A DNA stretch of 64,000 nucleotides from Pristiophorus japonicus (taxonomy: Eukaryota), in the NCBI RefSeq assembly GCF_044704955.1, contig NC_091999.1, positions 9,610,001-9,674,000 on the forward strand, in the 5' to 3' direction. Positions within the stretch are counted from its first letter, which is position 1, and each line of letters begins with the position of its first letter. Below, one piece after another: positions 1-12,873 of this stretch. Made by a program: the position numbers and the translations under genes. Below the pieces are notes generated by a model, which had not been told where the DNA came from, ran no database searches, and worked only from the letters and a program-made list of their open reading frames with translations.

Positions 1-661
1 TGCTGAAAGTGCTACTGTCTCTCAATATTTCCCTGGATTATCACCATGGATTATATGTGTCATGTCTAGAGTGGGGTTCCTTCTCACAGCTCTCTAACAC
101 ACAGGACGGGCTGCCAGCAATTGAACAAAGTTATGAACTCTGACATTTTCTCTCCCACAATTTCAGTTGGTTGGTTCAGCTACCTGGGCACCAAGCTCTG
201 GTATTCTGTCCCCAAACCTCTCCGCCTCTTTATCTCACTTTCCTCCTTTAAGACGCTCCTTAAAACCTATCTTCTGTGGCAATATTTTGATCAGGAATCC
301 TAATATTTCTTTTTGTGGCTTGGAGTGAATTTTGTCTGATTTTGAAAGTTGTTGTTGTTTAATACACAAGATTATTTGGCATTTTCCGCAAGGAACATGG
401 ATCCAGGTAATCATGTTCAATGTTGACAATTTTAGGTTAATAAGATGCATCATGGCAGAAAATGACCTGCACTGATCAGAATCATAACCCATAATACCTG
501 GATTACTATATGCATACTCCAATAAGAAGCTGCATAATTGTTCCAATATTCAGCAATACTTGAACATATAGAAAAATGATTTGATACAATGTAGACAGTG
601 AAGAGAACACACACATTTATATAAGGAAATAGAGAGTCTATAGTTATTAATGAATACCTAC

Positions 662-721
662 TTGGTTCCACAGTTAACTTTGTCCCTGTCCCAAAGATGA
701 GTTTGGTAGCTCCAACATTCA
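662..721 (-). CDS. TRAJ: J1 (family A) NVGATKLIFGTGTKLTVEP
   Basis: RSS CACAGCA-12-GCAAAAACT at 722-749; donor GTAGGT. Confidence 0.92.
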
Positions 722-1649
722 CACAGCATTGCACCCTTTAGCAAAAACTCCCTTCAGGCTAACTTTAGTGCGTTCCTGCTCTGGCTGGCAGTTATATTTG
801 AATAATTGGTATCACTCAATCCCATTATTGTGACACTATCTGTAGAAACCATTTTAAATGATCATTGATAATTATTAGACAAACATCATCTTTTAAGACA
901 GTTTATAGCCCATATTTCTTTTTCAGTAAAAATATTGGGCTACCATTTATATATCAGTTCACCAGAAATCTCTGTAAAATTTCCAAGTATTTCTGAAAGC
1001 GCAACAGTCTCTGAATACTTTCCTGCATTATCACCTTGGATTATATGTATCATCAATAGAGCGGGGTTCCATCTCACAACTATCTAATGTACAGGACGGG
1101 TTGCGATCAATTGGGCCAAGTTATGGATTGTGACACATATCTCTCCAAATTTCAGTTTGTTGGTTCAGCTACCCGTGCACCAAGCTCTGGTATTCAATCC
1201 CCAAACCTCTCCGCCTCTTTATCTCTCTCTCTCCTTCTTTAAGACGCTCCTCTACACCTAACTGCTGGAGCAAGCTTTTGATCAGCTATCCTAATATTTC
1301 TTTATGTGGCTTGGAGTGAATTTTGTTTAATTTTGCAAGTTGTTGTTAAATACACAAGATTATTTGGCTTTGTTCACAAGGGAAATGGATTCAGGTAATT
1401 ATGTTCAATTTTGATAATTTTAAGTTAATAAGGTGCATAATGGCAGAAAGTGACCTGCACTGACCAGAATCATCACCCACAATACCTGAATTACGATATG
1501 CATGCTCCAATAAGAAGCTGCATAATTGTTCCAATATTTAGAAATGCTTGAACATATAGAGACATGATTTCATAAATTCTAGGCAATGTACAGAACAACC
1601 ACATTTATGTAAGTAAATAGACAGGTTATTTTTATTAATGCATACCTAC

Positions 1650-1709
1650 TTGGTTCCAAAGTTAACCTTGTCCCTTTTCCAAAGATAAGCTTATTATCTC
1701 CACTAGTCA
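1650..1709 (-). CDS. TRAJ: J2 (A) TSGDNKLIFGKGTRLTLEP
   Basis: RSS CACAGCA-12-GCAAAAACT; donor GTAGGT. Confidence 0.92.
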
Positions 1710-2645
1710 CACAGCATTGCGCCCTTTAGCAAAAACTCCCTTCAGCCTAACTTTACTACATTCCTGCTCTGTCTAGCGGTTATATTTGAATAATTGGTAT
1801 CACTCAATCCCATTATTGTGAAACCATCTGTAGAAACCATTTTAAATGACCAATGATAATTATTGTACAAACATGACTATTGGAGCCTGGTTTTACCCTA
1901 AGCAGAACTTATTTATCTTTCATTAAAAATGTAGAGCTACTATTTATATATCAGTTCACCAGAAATGTCTGAAAGGTTTCCAAGTACTTCTGAAAGCTCT
2001 ACATTCTCTAAATACTTTCCTGGATTATCACCTTGGATTACATGTGTCATCTCTAGAGTGCGGCTCCATCTCACAACTCTCCACTGCACAGAATGGGCTG
2101 CCAGCAATTGAGCCAAGTTATCAATTCCGACATTTTTCTCTCCCAATTTCAGTCGTTCCGTTCAGATACCTGGGCAGCAAGCTCTGGCACTCAATCCCCA
2201 AACCTCTCCGCCAATTTATCTCACTTTCCTGGTTTAACACACTCCTTAAAACCCACGTGCTGGGGCAAGCTTCTGACCAGCCATTCTCATATTTCTTTAT
2301 ATGGCTCTGTGTGAAATATTGTTTGATAATGCAAGTTATTTTGGCTTATTACACCACACTATTTGGCATTGTTCCAAAGGGAAATGGATGCAGGTAATCT
2401 TGATCAATTCATGTAATAATTTTATGTTAATACTACGCACATTGGCGGACAATTATCTGCACTGATCATAATCATCACCCATAATACCTAAATGACTATA
2501 TCCATACTCCAATAAGAAGCTGCATAAATGTTCAGGAATATTTGAAAAGCTAGAAAAATGATTTGATACATTGTAAGCAGTGCAGAGAACACACAAACAT
2601 ATATGTAAGTAAATAGACAGTTGAAAGATAAAAATGACTACCTAC

Positions 2646-2708
2646 TTGGTTCCACAGTTAACTTTGTCCCTTTTCCAAAGAAAAGCTTATAGTTACCGCC
2701 ACCAGTCA
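2646..2708 (-). CDS. TRAJ: J3 (A) TGGGNYKLFFGKGTKLTVEP
   Basis: RSS CACAGCA-12-GCAAAAACT; donor GTAGGT. Confidence 0.92.
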
Positions 2709-3512
2709 CACAGCATTGCGCCCTTTAGCAAAAACTCCCTTCAGACTAACTTTCCTGCTCTGTCTGGCGGTTATATTTGAATAATTGGAATCACTCAATC
2801 CCATTATTGTGAAACTATCTGTAGAAACCACTTTAAATTACCATTGATAATTAGTGTACAAACATGACTATTGGAGTCTGGTTTTACCCTAAGCATAACT
2901 TATTTATTTTTCACTAAAAATGTAAAGCTACCATTTATATATCAGTTCACCAGAAATCTTTGACAGATTTCCAACTACTTCTGAAAGGGTTACACTTTCT
3001 CAATACTTTCCAGGATTATTAATTTGGAGTATATGTGCCATGTCTAGAGTGGGATTCCTTCTCACAACTCTGCAATGCACAGGATGAGTTGCGAGCAATT
3101 GAGGCAAATTATCAATTCTGACACTTTTCTCTCCAAATTTCAGTCAGTTGTTTCTGGCACCAAGCTCTGGTATTCTGTCCCCAAACCTCTCCGCCTCTTT
3201 ATCTCTCTCTTCTCCTTTAAGATTATTTGGTATATTCCGAAATGAAAATGGATCGAGGCAATCAAGTTCAATGTTGATAATTTTAGGTTAATAAGGTGCA
3301 TAGTGGCAGAAAATGATCTGCACTGATCAGAAGCATTACCTATAATACCTGAATTACTATATCCCTGCCCCAATAAGAAGTTGCATAAATGTTCCAATAT
3401 TCAAGGATACTTGAACATATAGAGAAATGATTTGATACATTGTAGGCAATGCAGAGAACACACACATTGCATATAAGTAAATAGACAGAAAAAGTTATTA
3501 ATAAATACCTAC

Positions 3513-3572
3513 TTGGTTCCACAGTTAACTTTGTCCCTTTTGCAAAGATAAGCTTGTTATCTCCAAGATTCA
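3513..3572 (-). CDS. TRAJ: J4 (A) NLGDNKLIFAKGTKLTVEP (FAxG variant)
   Basis: RSS CACAGCA-12-GCAAAAACT; donor GTAGGT. Confidence 0.88.
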
Positions 3573-4889
3573 CACAGCATTGCATCCTTTAGCAAAAACT
3601 CCCTTCAGACTAACTTTAGTACGTTACTGCTCTGCATGGCAATATACTTGATTACTTGGTGTCATTCAATCCCATTATTGTGAAACTATCTATAGAAACC
3701 ATCTTAAATTATCATTGATAATTATTAGACACACATCATCTTTTAAGCGAGTTTAAAGCCCAATAATAACTTATTTCTTTTTCAGTAAAAATATTGGGCT
3801 ACCATTTAGATATCAGTTCACCAGAAATCTCTGAAAGATTTCCAAGTACTTCTGAAAGCGCTACAGTCTCTGAATACTTTGCTGATTTATTACCTTGGAT
3901 TATATGTGTCATCGATAGAGTGGGAATCCATGTCACAACTCTCTTATGTACAGGGCGGGCTGCCAGCAATTGAACCTAGTTATCAATTCTGATACTTTTC
4001 TCTCCAAATTTCTATTAGTAGGTTCTGCTACCTGGCACCAAGCTGTGCTATTCAATCCCCAAACCTCCCCGCCACTTTGTCTCACTTTCCTTGTTTAACA
4101 CATTCCTTAAAACCGACGTGCTGGGGCAAGGAGCCATTCTAATATTTATTCATGTGGCTCAGTGTGAAATATTGTTTAATAATCTAAGTTGTTGTTGTTA
4201 ATTACGCCACACTATTTCGTATTTTCCCAAAGGGAAATGGATGCAGGTAATAGATTTCCAAGTACCTCTGAAAGTGGATCACTCCTTCAGTACTTCCCTG
4301 GATTATCATCTTGGATTATATGTTCCATCTTACAACACACAGGACAGGCTGCCGGCAATTGAACCAAGTTATGTGTTCCGACACTTTTCTATCCCCATTT
4401 CAGTCAGTTGGTTCAGCTACCTAGGCACCAAGCTCTGGTATTCTCTCCCCAAACCTCTCTGCCTCTTTATTTCTTTCTCGTCCTTTAACACACTACGTAA
4501 AATCTACCTGGAGCAAGGTTCCGATCAGCCGTCCTAATATTTCTTTATGTGGCTCGGTGAGAAATTGTGTTTGATAACACGATTTGTTGTTGTTTATTGC
4601 ACCACATTATTTGTCATTTTCTCAAAGGGAATTGGATCCAGGCAATCGTGTTCAATTCAGATAATTTTAGGTTAACATAACGGCAGACAATTAACTACAC
4701 CGATCAGAACCAGCACTAAATATACCTGAATTACTATAATCCATACTCCAATAAGAAGCTGCATAAATGTTCCAATATTCTTAAATAACTGAACATATAG
4801 AGAAAAGATTTGATACATTATAGGCAGTGCTGAGACTTCCACATGTATATAACTAAATAGACAGGCTATGGTTATTGATGAATACCTAC

Positions 4890-4952
4890 TTGGTTCCACA
4901 GTTAACCTTGTCCCTTTTCCAAAGATGAGCTTATTGTTAGTTCCATACTTCA
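4890..4952 (-). CDS. TRAJ: J5 (A) KYGTNNKLIFGKGTRLTVEP
   Basis: RSS CACAGCA-12-GCAAAAACT; donor GTAGGT. Confidence 0.92.
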
Positions 4953-5877
4953 CACAGCATTGCGCCCTTTAGCAAAAACTCCCTTCAGACTAACTTTAGT
5001 ACATTCCTGCTCTGTATGGTGGTTATGTTTGTGTGCTTGGTATCACTCAACCCTGTTATTGTAAAACTATTTGAGGAAACCATTTTAGATGACCATTGAT
5101 TATCATTGTGCAAACAAGACTATTACAGCCTGTTTTTAGCCCAAGCCTAATGTATTTCTGTATCATTAAAAATGTAGGGCTATCATCTACATATCAGTTC
5201 ACCAGAAATCTGTGAAAATGTTTTAAGTACTTCTGAAAGTGTTACAGTCTCTCAAAACTTCCCTGTATTTTAACCTTGCATTATATGTGTCATCTCTAGA
5301 ACAGGGTTCCATCTCACAATTCTCCAACGCACAGAACAGGCTGCCAGCAATTGAGCCAAGTTATGAATTCTGGCACTTTTCTCTCCCAATTTCAGTCGGT
5401 TGGTTCAGCTACCTAGGCACCAAACTCTGGCATTCAATACCCAAACCTCTCTCTCTCCTTCGTTAACGCACTCCTTAAAAGCTACGGGCTGGAGAAAACT
5501 TTTGATCAGGCATCCTAATATTTCTTTATGTGGCTTGATGTGAAATATTGTTCGATAATGCAAGTTGCTGCTTATTGCATCGCATTATTAGGTGTTTTCC
5601 CAAAGGGACAAGGTTGCAGGTAATCATGAGGAATTCAGAAAATCATTTCAGGTTAATGTGGTCAATAAAGGTAGAGAATTAACTGCACTTCCCATAACCA
5701 TCACTCGTAATACCTGACTTATGACATCCATACACCAGTAAGAAGCTGCATAAATGTTCCACTATTAAGGAGTAATTTAACATACAGAGACATTACGTGA
5801 CACACTGTAGACAGTACAGAGAACATACACGTGTATATAAGTGTATAGACAGTCTATAGTTAATAATGAATACCTAC

Positions 5878-5940
5878 TTGGCTCAACAGTTAACTGTATA
5901 CCTTTTCCAAACATAAGCTTGCTGGTAAGACCAGCTTTCA
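5878..5940 (-). CDS. TRAJ: J6 (A) KAGLTSKLMFGKGIQLTVEP
   Basis: RSS CACAGCA-12-GCAAAAAAC; donor GTAGGT. Confidence 0.9.
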
Positions 5941-6869
5941 CACAGCAATGCGCCCTTCAGCAAAAAACCCCTTCAGACTAAATTTAGTCTGTACCTGCTC
6001 TCTATCACGGTTATATTTGAATGTTTGGGATCACTGAATCCCATTATTATGGAACTTCTGCAGAAACTATTTTAAATGGTCACTGGTTATTATTAGGCAC
6101 ACGCCACCTTTTAAACACGTTTCCAGCCCAAGAATAACTTATTTATTTTTCATTAAAAATATTGGGCTATCATTTATATATCAGTTCATCAGAACTCTCC
6201 AATCGATTTTGAAATACCTCTGAAAGTGCAACACTCCCTCAGTACTTCCTTGGATTATCATCCTGGATTATATTTGTCATTTCGACAGCGGGATCCATCT
6301 CACAATTCTCTAATGCACAGGATGGGCTGTCAGAAATTGAACCAAGTTATGAATTCTGACACTTTTCTCGCCCAATTTCAGTCGGTTGCTTCAGCTACCT
6401 AGGCACAAAGGTCTGGTAATCTCTCGCTAAACTTCTCCGCCTCTTTATCTCACTTTCCCCCCTTTAAGACGCTCCATAAAACCTAATTCATGCTCCAAGC
6501 GTTTGATTAACCAATCCAATATTTCTATATATGTGAATTTTTGTTTGATATTTTAAGTTGTTGTTTAATACAAAACATTATTTGAAATTTTCCCAAAGGT
6601 TAATTGATTCAGGTAATCATGTTCAATTCAGATAATCATTTTAGGGTAATAAGATGCATAACAGCAGACAATTAACTGCTCTGTACAAAATCACCACTCA
6701 TACTACCTGAATTACTCTATCCATATTCCAATAAGAAGCAGAATAAAAGTTCCAATATTCACGATTAATTGAAAATGTGGAGAAATGATTTGACACAATG
6801 TAGGCAGTACTGGGAAGATAGACATATATGTAAGTAAATAGACAGTCTATCATTGTTATGAATACCTAC

Positions 6870-6932
6870 TTGGGTCCACAGATAACTTTGTTCCTTTTCC
6901 AAAGGTAAGCTTGCTGATACCTCCACCAGTCA
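6870..6932 (-). CDS. TRAJ: J7 (A) TGGGISKLTFGKGTKLSVDP
   Basis: RSS CACAGCA-12-GCAAAAACT; donor GTAGGT. Confidence 0.92.
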
Positions 6933-7410
6933 CACAGCATTGCACCCTTTAGCAAAAACTTCCTTCAGACTAACTTTAGAGCATTGTTGCTCTGCCAGGC
7001 AGTTATATTTGAATACTCAATTCCATTATTATGAAACTATCTGTAGAACCCATTTTCAAATGCCCACTGTTAAAAAAAAATCTTCTTTTCAGCACTTTGT
7101 TTCATAAAATAAATCTAAGGCTACCATTTATATATCAGTTCACCAGAACTCTCTGAATGCTTCCCAAGTAGTTCTGGAAGTGGAACTTCCCTCATTACTC
7201 TTCTGGAGTATCAACCTGCCTTCCCTCTTTTCGTTGCAGAGTGGGGATCCATCTTATTACTTTCTAACTCAAATGATGGGCTGGCGGCAAGAGAGCAAAG
7301 TTATGACTTCTGATGCTTTGCTCTATTTTATCAATATTTCAATTAATTTTTGACACTCTTCTCTTTTTGCTCTAACACATAAACCAGACAACCTTAAACA
7401 TTCCACATAC

Positions 7411-7467
7411 TTGGTATAACTTGGAGCCTGGTCCCAGATCCGAAGATCACCTTATTAGCATCATTCA
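7411..7467 (-). CDS. TRAJ: J8 (family B) NDANKVIFGSGTRLQVIP
   Basis: RSS CACAGCC-12-ACTAAAACC; donor GTATGT. Confidence 0.9.
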
Positions 7468-7513
7468 CACAGCCTGATATGCTCATACTAAAACCCTCCC
7501 CAGCCAGACATTC

Positions 7514-8942
7514 ATAGAGACATAGAAAATAGTTGCAGGAGTAGGCCATTCGGCCCTTCGAGCCTACACCACCATTCAATAAGATCATGGCTGATCTTTC
7601 ACCTCAGTACCCCTTTCCTGCTTTCTCTCCATACCCCTTGATCCCTTTAGCCATAAGGGCCACATCTAACTCCCTCTTGAATCTATCCAACGAACTGGCA
7701 TCAACAACTCTCTGCGGCAGGGAATTCCACAGGTTAACAACTCTCTGAGTGTAGACGTTTCTCCTCATCTCATTCCTCAATGTCTTACTCCTTATCCTTA
7801 GAATGTGTCCCCTGGTTATGGACTTCCCCAACATCGGGAACATTCTTCCTGCATCTAACCTGTCCAGTCCCGTCGGAATGTTATATGTTTCTATGAGATC
7901 CCCTCTCATCCTTCTAAACTCCAGTGAATAAAGGCCCAGTCGATCCAGTCTCTCCTCATATGTCAGACCAGCCATCCCGGAAATCAGTCTGGTGAACCTT
8001 CGCTGCACTCCTTCAATAGCAAGAACGTCCTTCCTCAGATTAGGAGACAAAAATGAACACAATATTCCAAGTGAGGCCTCACCAAGGCCCTGTACAACTG
8101 CAGCAAGACCTTCCTGCTCCTATACTCAAACCCCCTAGCTATGAAGGCCAGCATACCATTTGCCTTCTTCACCGCCTGCTGTACCTGCATGCCAACTTTC
8201 AATGGCTGATGTACCATGACACCCAGGTCTCGTTGCACCTCCACTTTTCCTAATCTTCCGCCATTCAGATAATATTCTGCCTTCGTGTTTTTGCCCCCAA
8301 CGTGGATAACCTCATATTTATCCACATTATACTGCATCTGCCATGCATTTGCCCACTCACCTAACCTGTCCAAGACATCCTGCAGCCTCTTAGCGTCCTC
8401 CTCACAGCTCACAACGCCACCCAGTTTAGTGTCATCTTCAAACTTGGAGATATTACACTCAATTCTTTCATCTAAATCATTAATGTATATTGTAAATAGC
8501 TGGGTTCCCAGCACTGAGCCCTGTGACACCCCACTAGTCACTGCATGCCATTCTGAAAAGGACCCATTTATCCCTACTCTCTGCTTCCAGTTCTCTATCC
8601 ACATCAGTACATTACCCCCAATACCATGTGCTTTAATTTTTCACAGCAATCTCTGGTGTGGGACCTTGTCAAAAGCCTTTTGAAAGTCCAAATACAACAC
8701 ATCCACAGGTTCTCCCTTGTCCACTCTACTAGTAACATCCTCAAAACATTCCAGAAGATTTGTCAAGCATGATTTCCCTTGCATAAATCCATGGTGACTT
8801 GGACCGATCCTGTCACTGCTTTCCAAATGCGCTGCTATTACATCTTTAATAATTGATTTCAACATTTTCCCCACTACTGATGTCAGGCTAACCGCTCTGT
8901 AATTACCTGTTTTCTCTCTCCCTCCTTTTTTAAAAAGTGGTG
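7514..8942 (-). mobile_element. 5'-truncated CR1-type LINE (frameshifted reverse transcriptase C-terminal part plus 3' UTR)
   Basis: ORFs 8641-8874 (YLDFQKAFDKVPH), 8035-8604 (SGVSQGSVLG, KFEDDTKL) and 7604-8062 (FTQRVVNLWNSLP); CATAGA-repeat tail at the left end; interrupts CCAGACATTCCCAGACATTAC, which is intact in paralogous cassettes. Confidence 0.92.
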
Positions 8943-9611
8943 TTCCCAGACATTACATCACTTGTTATTTCTTAAATAACCCTCTGTTTTTTTGAGTTAA
9001 GTTTTTCAAATTTTATCTTTCCCGTTGAATTTCTGACGTGCAAGCAGTTACTATCTTCCATACGAAATAAATTTTCCATACAATTACATAGAATTGGCAA
9101 AAAGAGGGCATTCGGCCCAACTGGTCTGTGCCTGTGTTTATGCTTCACACGAGTCTCCTCTCTCCCTGCTTTATCTAACATTCTATGCATATCCTTCTAA
9201 TATTTTGTCCTTCATATTCTTATCTTAAATGCATCTATGCTATTTCCATCAACTATTCCATGTGCTAGCGGGTTCCACATTCTAACCACCCTCTGGGTAA
9301 AGAGGTTTCTCCTGAAATCTCTATTGGATTTATTAATTACTATCTCATGTTGATGACTCCTATTTTGATCTCCCCAATTACTGGAAATACCTTCTCTACG
9401 ACTAACCTACCAAATCCCATCATACTCTGCATGTCCTCTTTACGGTCAGCCTTTACTTTCTCTTGACCAGAGAAATGATTCCCAACCTGTTCAGTCCTTT
9501 CTGATATTTATTATTTACATTTAATTTTAAAGAGCTGGTGATACTAATTAACAAAACAATGTTTTGACTATGATCATCATAATAAAAAATACAGAATTAA
9601 GCTTCACTTAC

Positions 9612-9668
9612 TAGGATACACAATTAGTTTGGTCCCAGATCCAAATATTAGCTTCTGGAGATTATTCA
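9612..9668 (-). CDS. TRAJ: J9 (family C) NNLQKLIFGSGTKLIVYP
   Basis: RSS CACAGCA-12-GCATAAACC; donor GTAAGT. Confidence 0.9.
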
Positions 9669-9990
9669 CACAGCATTGCATGCCAGTGCATAAACCCTTA
9701 CCTGATGTCTAGAATATGGACTATGCACTAAATCAAGTATATGTTATATTTATGCATTACCAATATTCAAGGTTAAAATATTAAGACGTGCCAAATCTTG
9801 CATTATTCCCGCATTAGGCATGATACATGTATTATCATATCCCTACTGCAATAAGAAGCGGCATAGTTGTTCCTAAACTCAGGATTAATTGAACATACAG
9901 ATAAATTATTTGATACACTGTAGGCAATGCAGAGAACACACACATGTATGTAAGTAAATAGAGAGGCTATAGTTATTAATGAATACCTAC

Positions 9991-10053
9991 TTGGTTCCAC
10001 AGTTAACTTTGTCCCCTTTCCAAAGATAAACTTGGTGTTACTTCCAGCATTCA
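9991..10053 (-). CDS. TRAJ: J10 (A) NAGSNTKFIFGKGTKLTVEP
   Basis: RSS CACAGCA-12-GCAAAAACT; donor GTAGGT. Confidence 0.92.
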
Positions 10054-10821
10054 CACAGCAGTGCACCCTTTAGCAAAAACTCCCTTCAGATTAACTTTAG
10101 TACATTGCTGCTGTGAGAGGCAGTTATGTTTATACACTTGGCATCACCGAACCCCATTATTGTGAAACTATCTGTGCAAACCATTTGAAATGACCATTGA
10201 TCACTATTAGGCACATATAGGACTATTTTTTATTTATTCTGTTTTTAACCCAAACATAACTCATTCCTTGTACATTATAATTAAGGCTACCATTTATATA
10301 TCAGTTCACCAGAATTCTCCACATGCTTCCCAGGTAGTTCTGAAAGTAGAATCCTCTGTCAGAATTTCGCTGGACTGTCAACTTTAATTTCATGTTTTAG
10401 GTATAGAGTGGGGATCCATGGCACATTTTTAAAAACATCAATAGGGTGACCTGATAATACCTGAGGAAAGCTATGATTTCTGACTCTTTTGTCTGCCAAT
10501 TTAAGTCGGTAAATTAATTAATGAAAGTTTAGGTTATTCCCTTACAGTCCTCTGGGTTTATTGTGCTGTAGTTAACGTCAATAGCTGGTAATTAGTTTCA
10601 GCGGCATTTTAAGCATTATAGACTTTTAGATTAAAGACTGTAATGCTGGCAATAATCCTGAATTATCATATTCATACTCCAATACGAAGCGGCATACACG
10701 TGTCAGTATTCAGGATTAGTTGGACATGTAGAGGAATGATTTGACCCAATGTAGGCAGTGCAGAAAACATACACATATATTAAAGTAAATAGACAGTCTA
10801 TAGTTAATAATGACTATCTAC

Positions 10822-10878
10822 TTGGTTCCACAGTTAGATTTGTCCCAGATCCAAAGAACGGTTTATCAGCAACATTCA
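10822..10878 (-). pseudogene. TRAJ: J11, chimeric B/A segment NVADKPFFGSGTNLTVEP with disrupted RSS
   Basis: B-type 5' half and heptamer CACAGCC; A-type 3' half and intron; nonamer-like ATTAAAACC lies 28 bp from the heptamer; donor GTAGAT. Confidence 0.8.
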
Positions 10879-11600
10879 CACAGCCTGATATGCTCATATT
10901 ATGTTATGCTAATATTAAAACCATTCCCAGCCGGACATTCCCAGATATTACATCACTTGTTATTTCTTAAAGAAACTTCCATTTTTTTGAGTTATGTTTT
11001 GGTACATTTATCTTTCCCTATGAATTTTTGGTGGGCAAGCAGTTAATATTTTCCATACCAAATAACTTGTGCAGAGATGACATCGAGTTGGCATCACAGA
11101 AGGATGCCTTTCGACACAACTTCTGTGCCAATGTTTGTGTTCCACACAAGCCTCCTCCCTCCCTACTTTATCTAACCTTCTCTGTACATCATTCCATTCC
11201 TTTTTCCCCTCATGTGCTTATCTTAAATGCTTCTATGCTATTCTCATCAACCACTCCATGGAGGAGCGAGTTCCACATTCTACCCACTCTCTGGGTAAAT
11301 ATGTTTCTCCTGAATTCTTTACTGGAGTTATTAGTGACTATCTCATGTTGATAACACCTCCCCAATTACTAGAAAGAGCTTCTCCACGTCTTCCCTACCA
11401 AACCCCTTCATAGTGTTACTGACCTCTTTAAAGTTACCCCTTTGCCTTCTCTTGACCAGAGAAATGATCCACAGCATGTTCAGTCTTTTCTGATAATTAT
11501 TATTTACCTTTAATTTTAAAGAGCTGGCGATAATAATTAACAAAACAAAGTTTTGACGATGATCATTATAATAAAAAATACAGAATTAAGCTTCACTTAC

Positions 11601-11657
11601 TAGGTTGCACCATTAGTTTTGTCCCAGATCCAAATGTTAGCTTATTGAGATTATTCA
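11601..11657 (-). CDS. TRAJ: J12 (C) NNLNKLTFGSGTKLMVQP
   Basis: RSS CACAGCA-12-GCACAAACC; donor GTAAGT. Confidence 0.9.
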
Positions 11658-11994
11658 CACAGCATTGCATGCCATTGCACAAACCCTTTACCTGATGCTA
11701 AGGTTATTGACTATGTACTAAATCAACTGTATGTCATGTTTATGCATTATCGATATTCCAGGTTAATTAAGAACTAGTGCCGAATCTTCCATTATTCCCG
11801 CATCAGGTATTACACCTGTAATTTATTTTCCCAGTCCAATCAGAAATGGCATACATTTCCAATATTCAGTAGTAATTGAACACATAGAGAAATGATTTGA
11901 CACAATGTAGGCAGTGCAGAGAACACACACATACACATATATAATACATATATATAAGTAAATAAATAGTTTATAGATATTAATGAATACCTAC

Positions 11995-12057
11995 TTGGTT
12001 CCACAGTTAACTTTGTCCCTTTCCCAAAGATGAGCTTGGTGTTACCTCCAGTATACA
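11995..12057 (-). CDS. TRAJ: J13 (A) YTGGNTKLIFGKGTKLTVEP
   Basis: RSS CACAGCA-12-GCAAAAACT; donor GTAGGT. Confidence 0.92.
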
Positions 12058-12810
12058 CACAGCATTGCACCCTTTAGCAAAAACTCCCTTCAGACTAACT
12101 TTAATACATTGCTGTTCTGAGAGGCAGTTACATATTTATGCTTGGCATCGCCGAATCCCACTATTGTGAAACTATGAATTAAACTGATAATTGATCGTTA
12201 TCAGGCACATATATGACTATTTTTTATTTATTATATTTACAACCCAAGCATCCTTGTACATTATAAATTAAGGCTACCGTTTATTTATCAGTTCACCAGA
12301 GCTCTCTAAATGCTTCCCAGGTAGATCTGAAAGTAGAATCCTCTCTCGGTATTTTGCTGGACTATCAACTCTCAATTCATATTTTAGGTACAGAGTGGGG
12401 TTCCATCTCACAATTTGCTAACTCAATAGGCTGAATAGGCTGAGCTGACAGAAACTGAGGAAAGCTATGATATCGGACAGTTTTCTCTCCCAATTTCAGT
12501 CGGTAACTTCATTAATGAAAGTTTTGGTTATTCTCTTACTCCTGTGTCTTTATTGTGCTGTAGTTAACGTCAATAGCTGATAATTAGTTTCACCGGCATT
12601 GTAGGCATTATAGACTTTTATAGTAAAGACTACAATGCTGATAATAATTCTGAATTATTATATTCATACTCCAATAAGAAGTGGCATACATTTTCCAATC
12701 AGGGTTAATTGAACATATAGAGAAATAATTTGACACATTGTAGGCAGTGCAGAAAACACACACATATATGTAAGTAAATAGACAGTCTGCAGTTAATAAT
12801 GAATACCTAC

Positions 12811-12873
12811 TTGGTTCCACCGTTAACTTTGACCCGTTTCCAAAGATAAGCTTGGAGTTAGACCCAAATTTCA
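12811..12873 (-). CDS. TRAJ: J14 (A) KFGSNSKLIFGNGSKLTVEP
   Basis: RSS CACAGCA-12-GCAAAAACT; donor GTAGGT. Confidence 0.9.

Larger units (their letters stand above)
1..7300. repeat. Tandem units of about 1 kb, each carrying one family-A J
   Basis: Recurrent landmarks (ATATCAGTTCACCAGAA, TCAATCCCATTATTGTG, CAAACCTCTCCGCCTC) at about 0.9-1.0 kb period. Confidence 0.9.

Noticed and set aside
121-5466. Recurrent + strand ORFs with WFSYLGTKLWYSxPKPLR
   Set aside because: Decayed LINE 3' fragment amplified with the J unit; starts, stops and frames are not conserved.
7604-8874. Functional reverse transcriptase gene
   Set aside because: 5'-truncated, split over three ORFs, and the catalytic motif reads FEDD; this is a dead CR1 copy.
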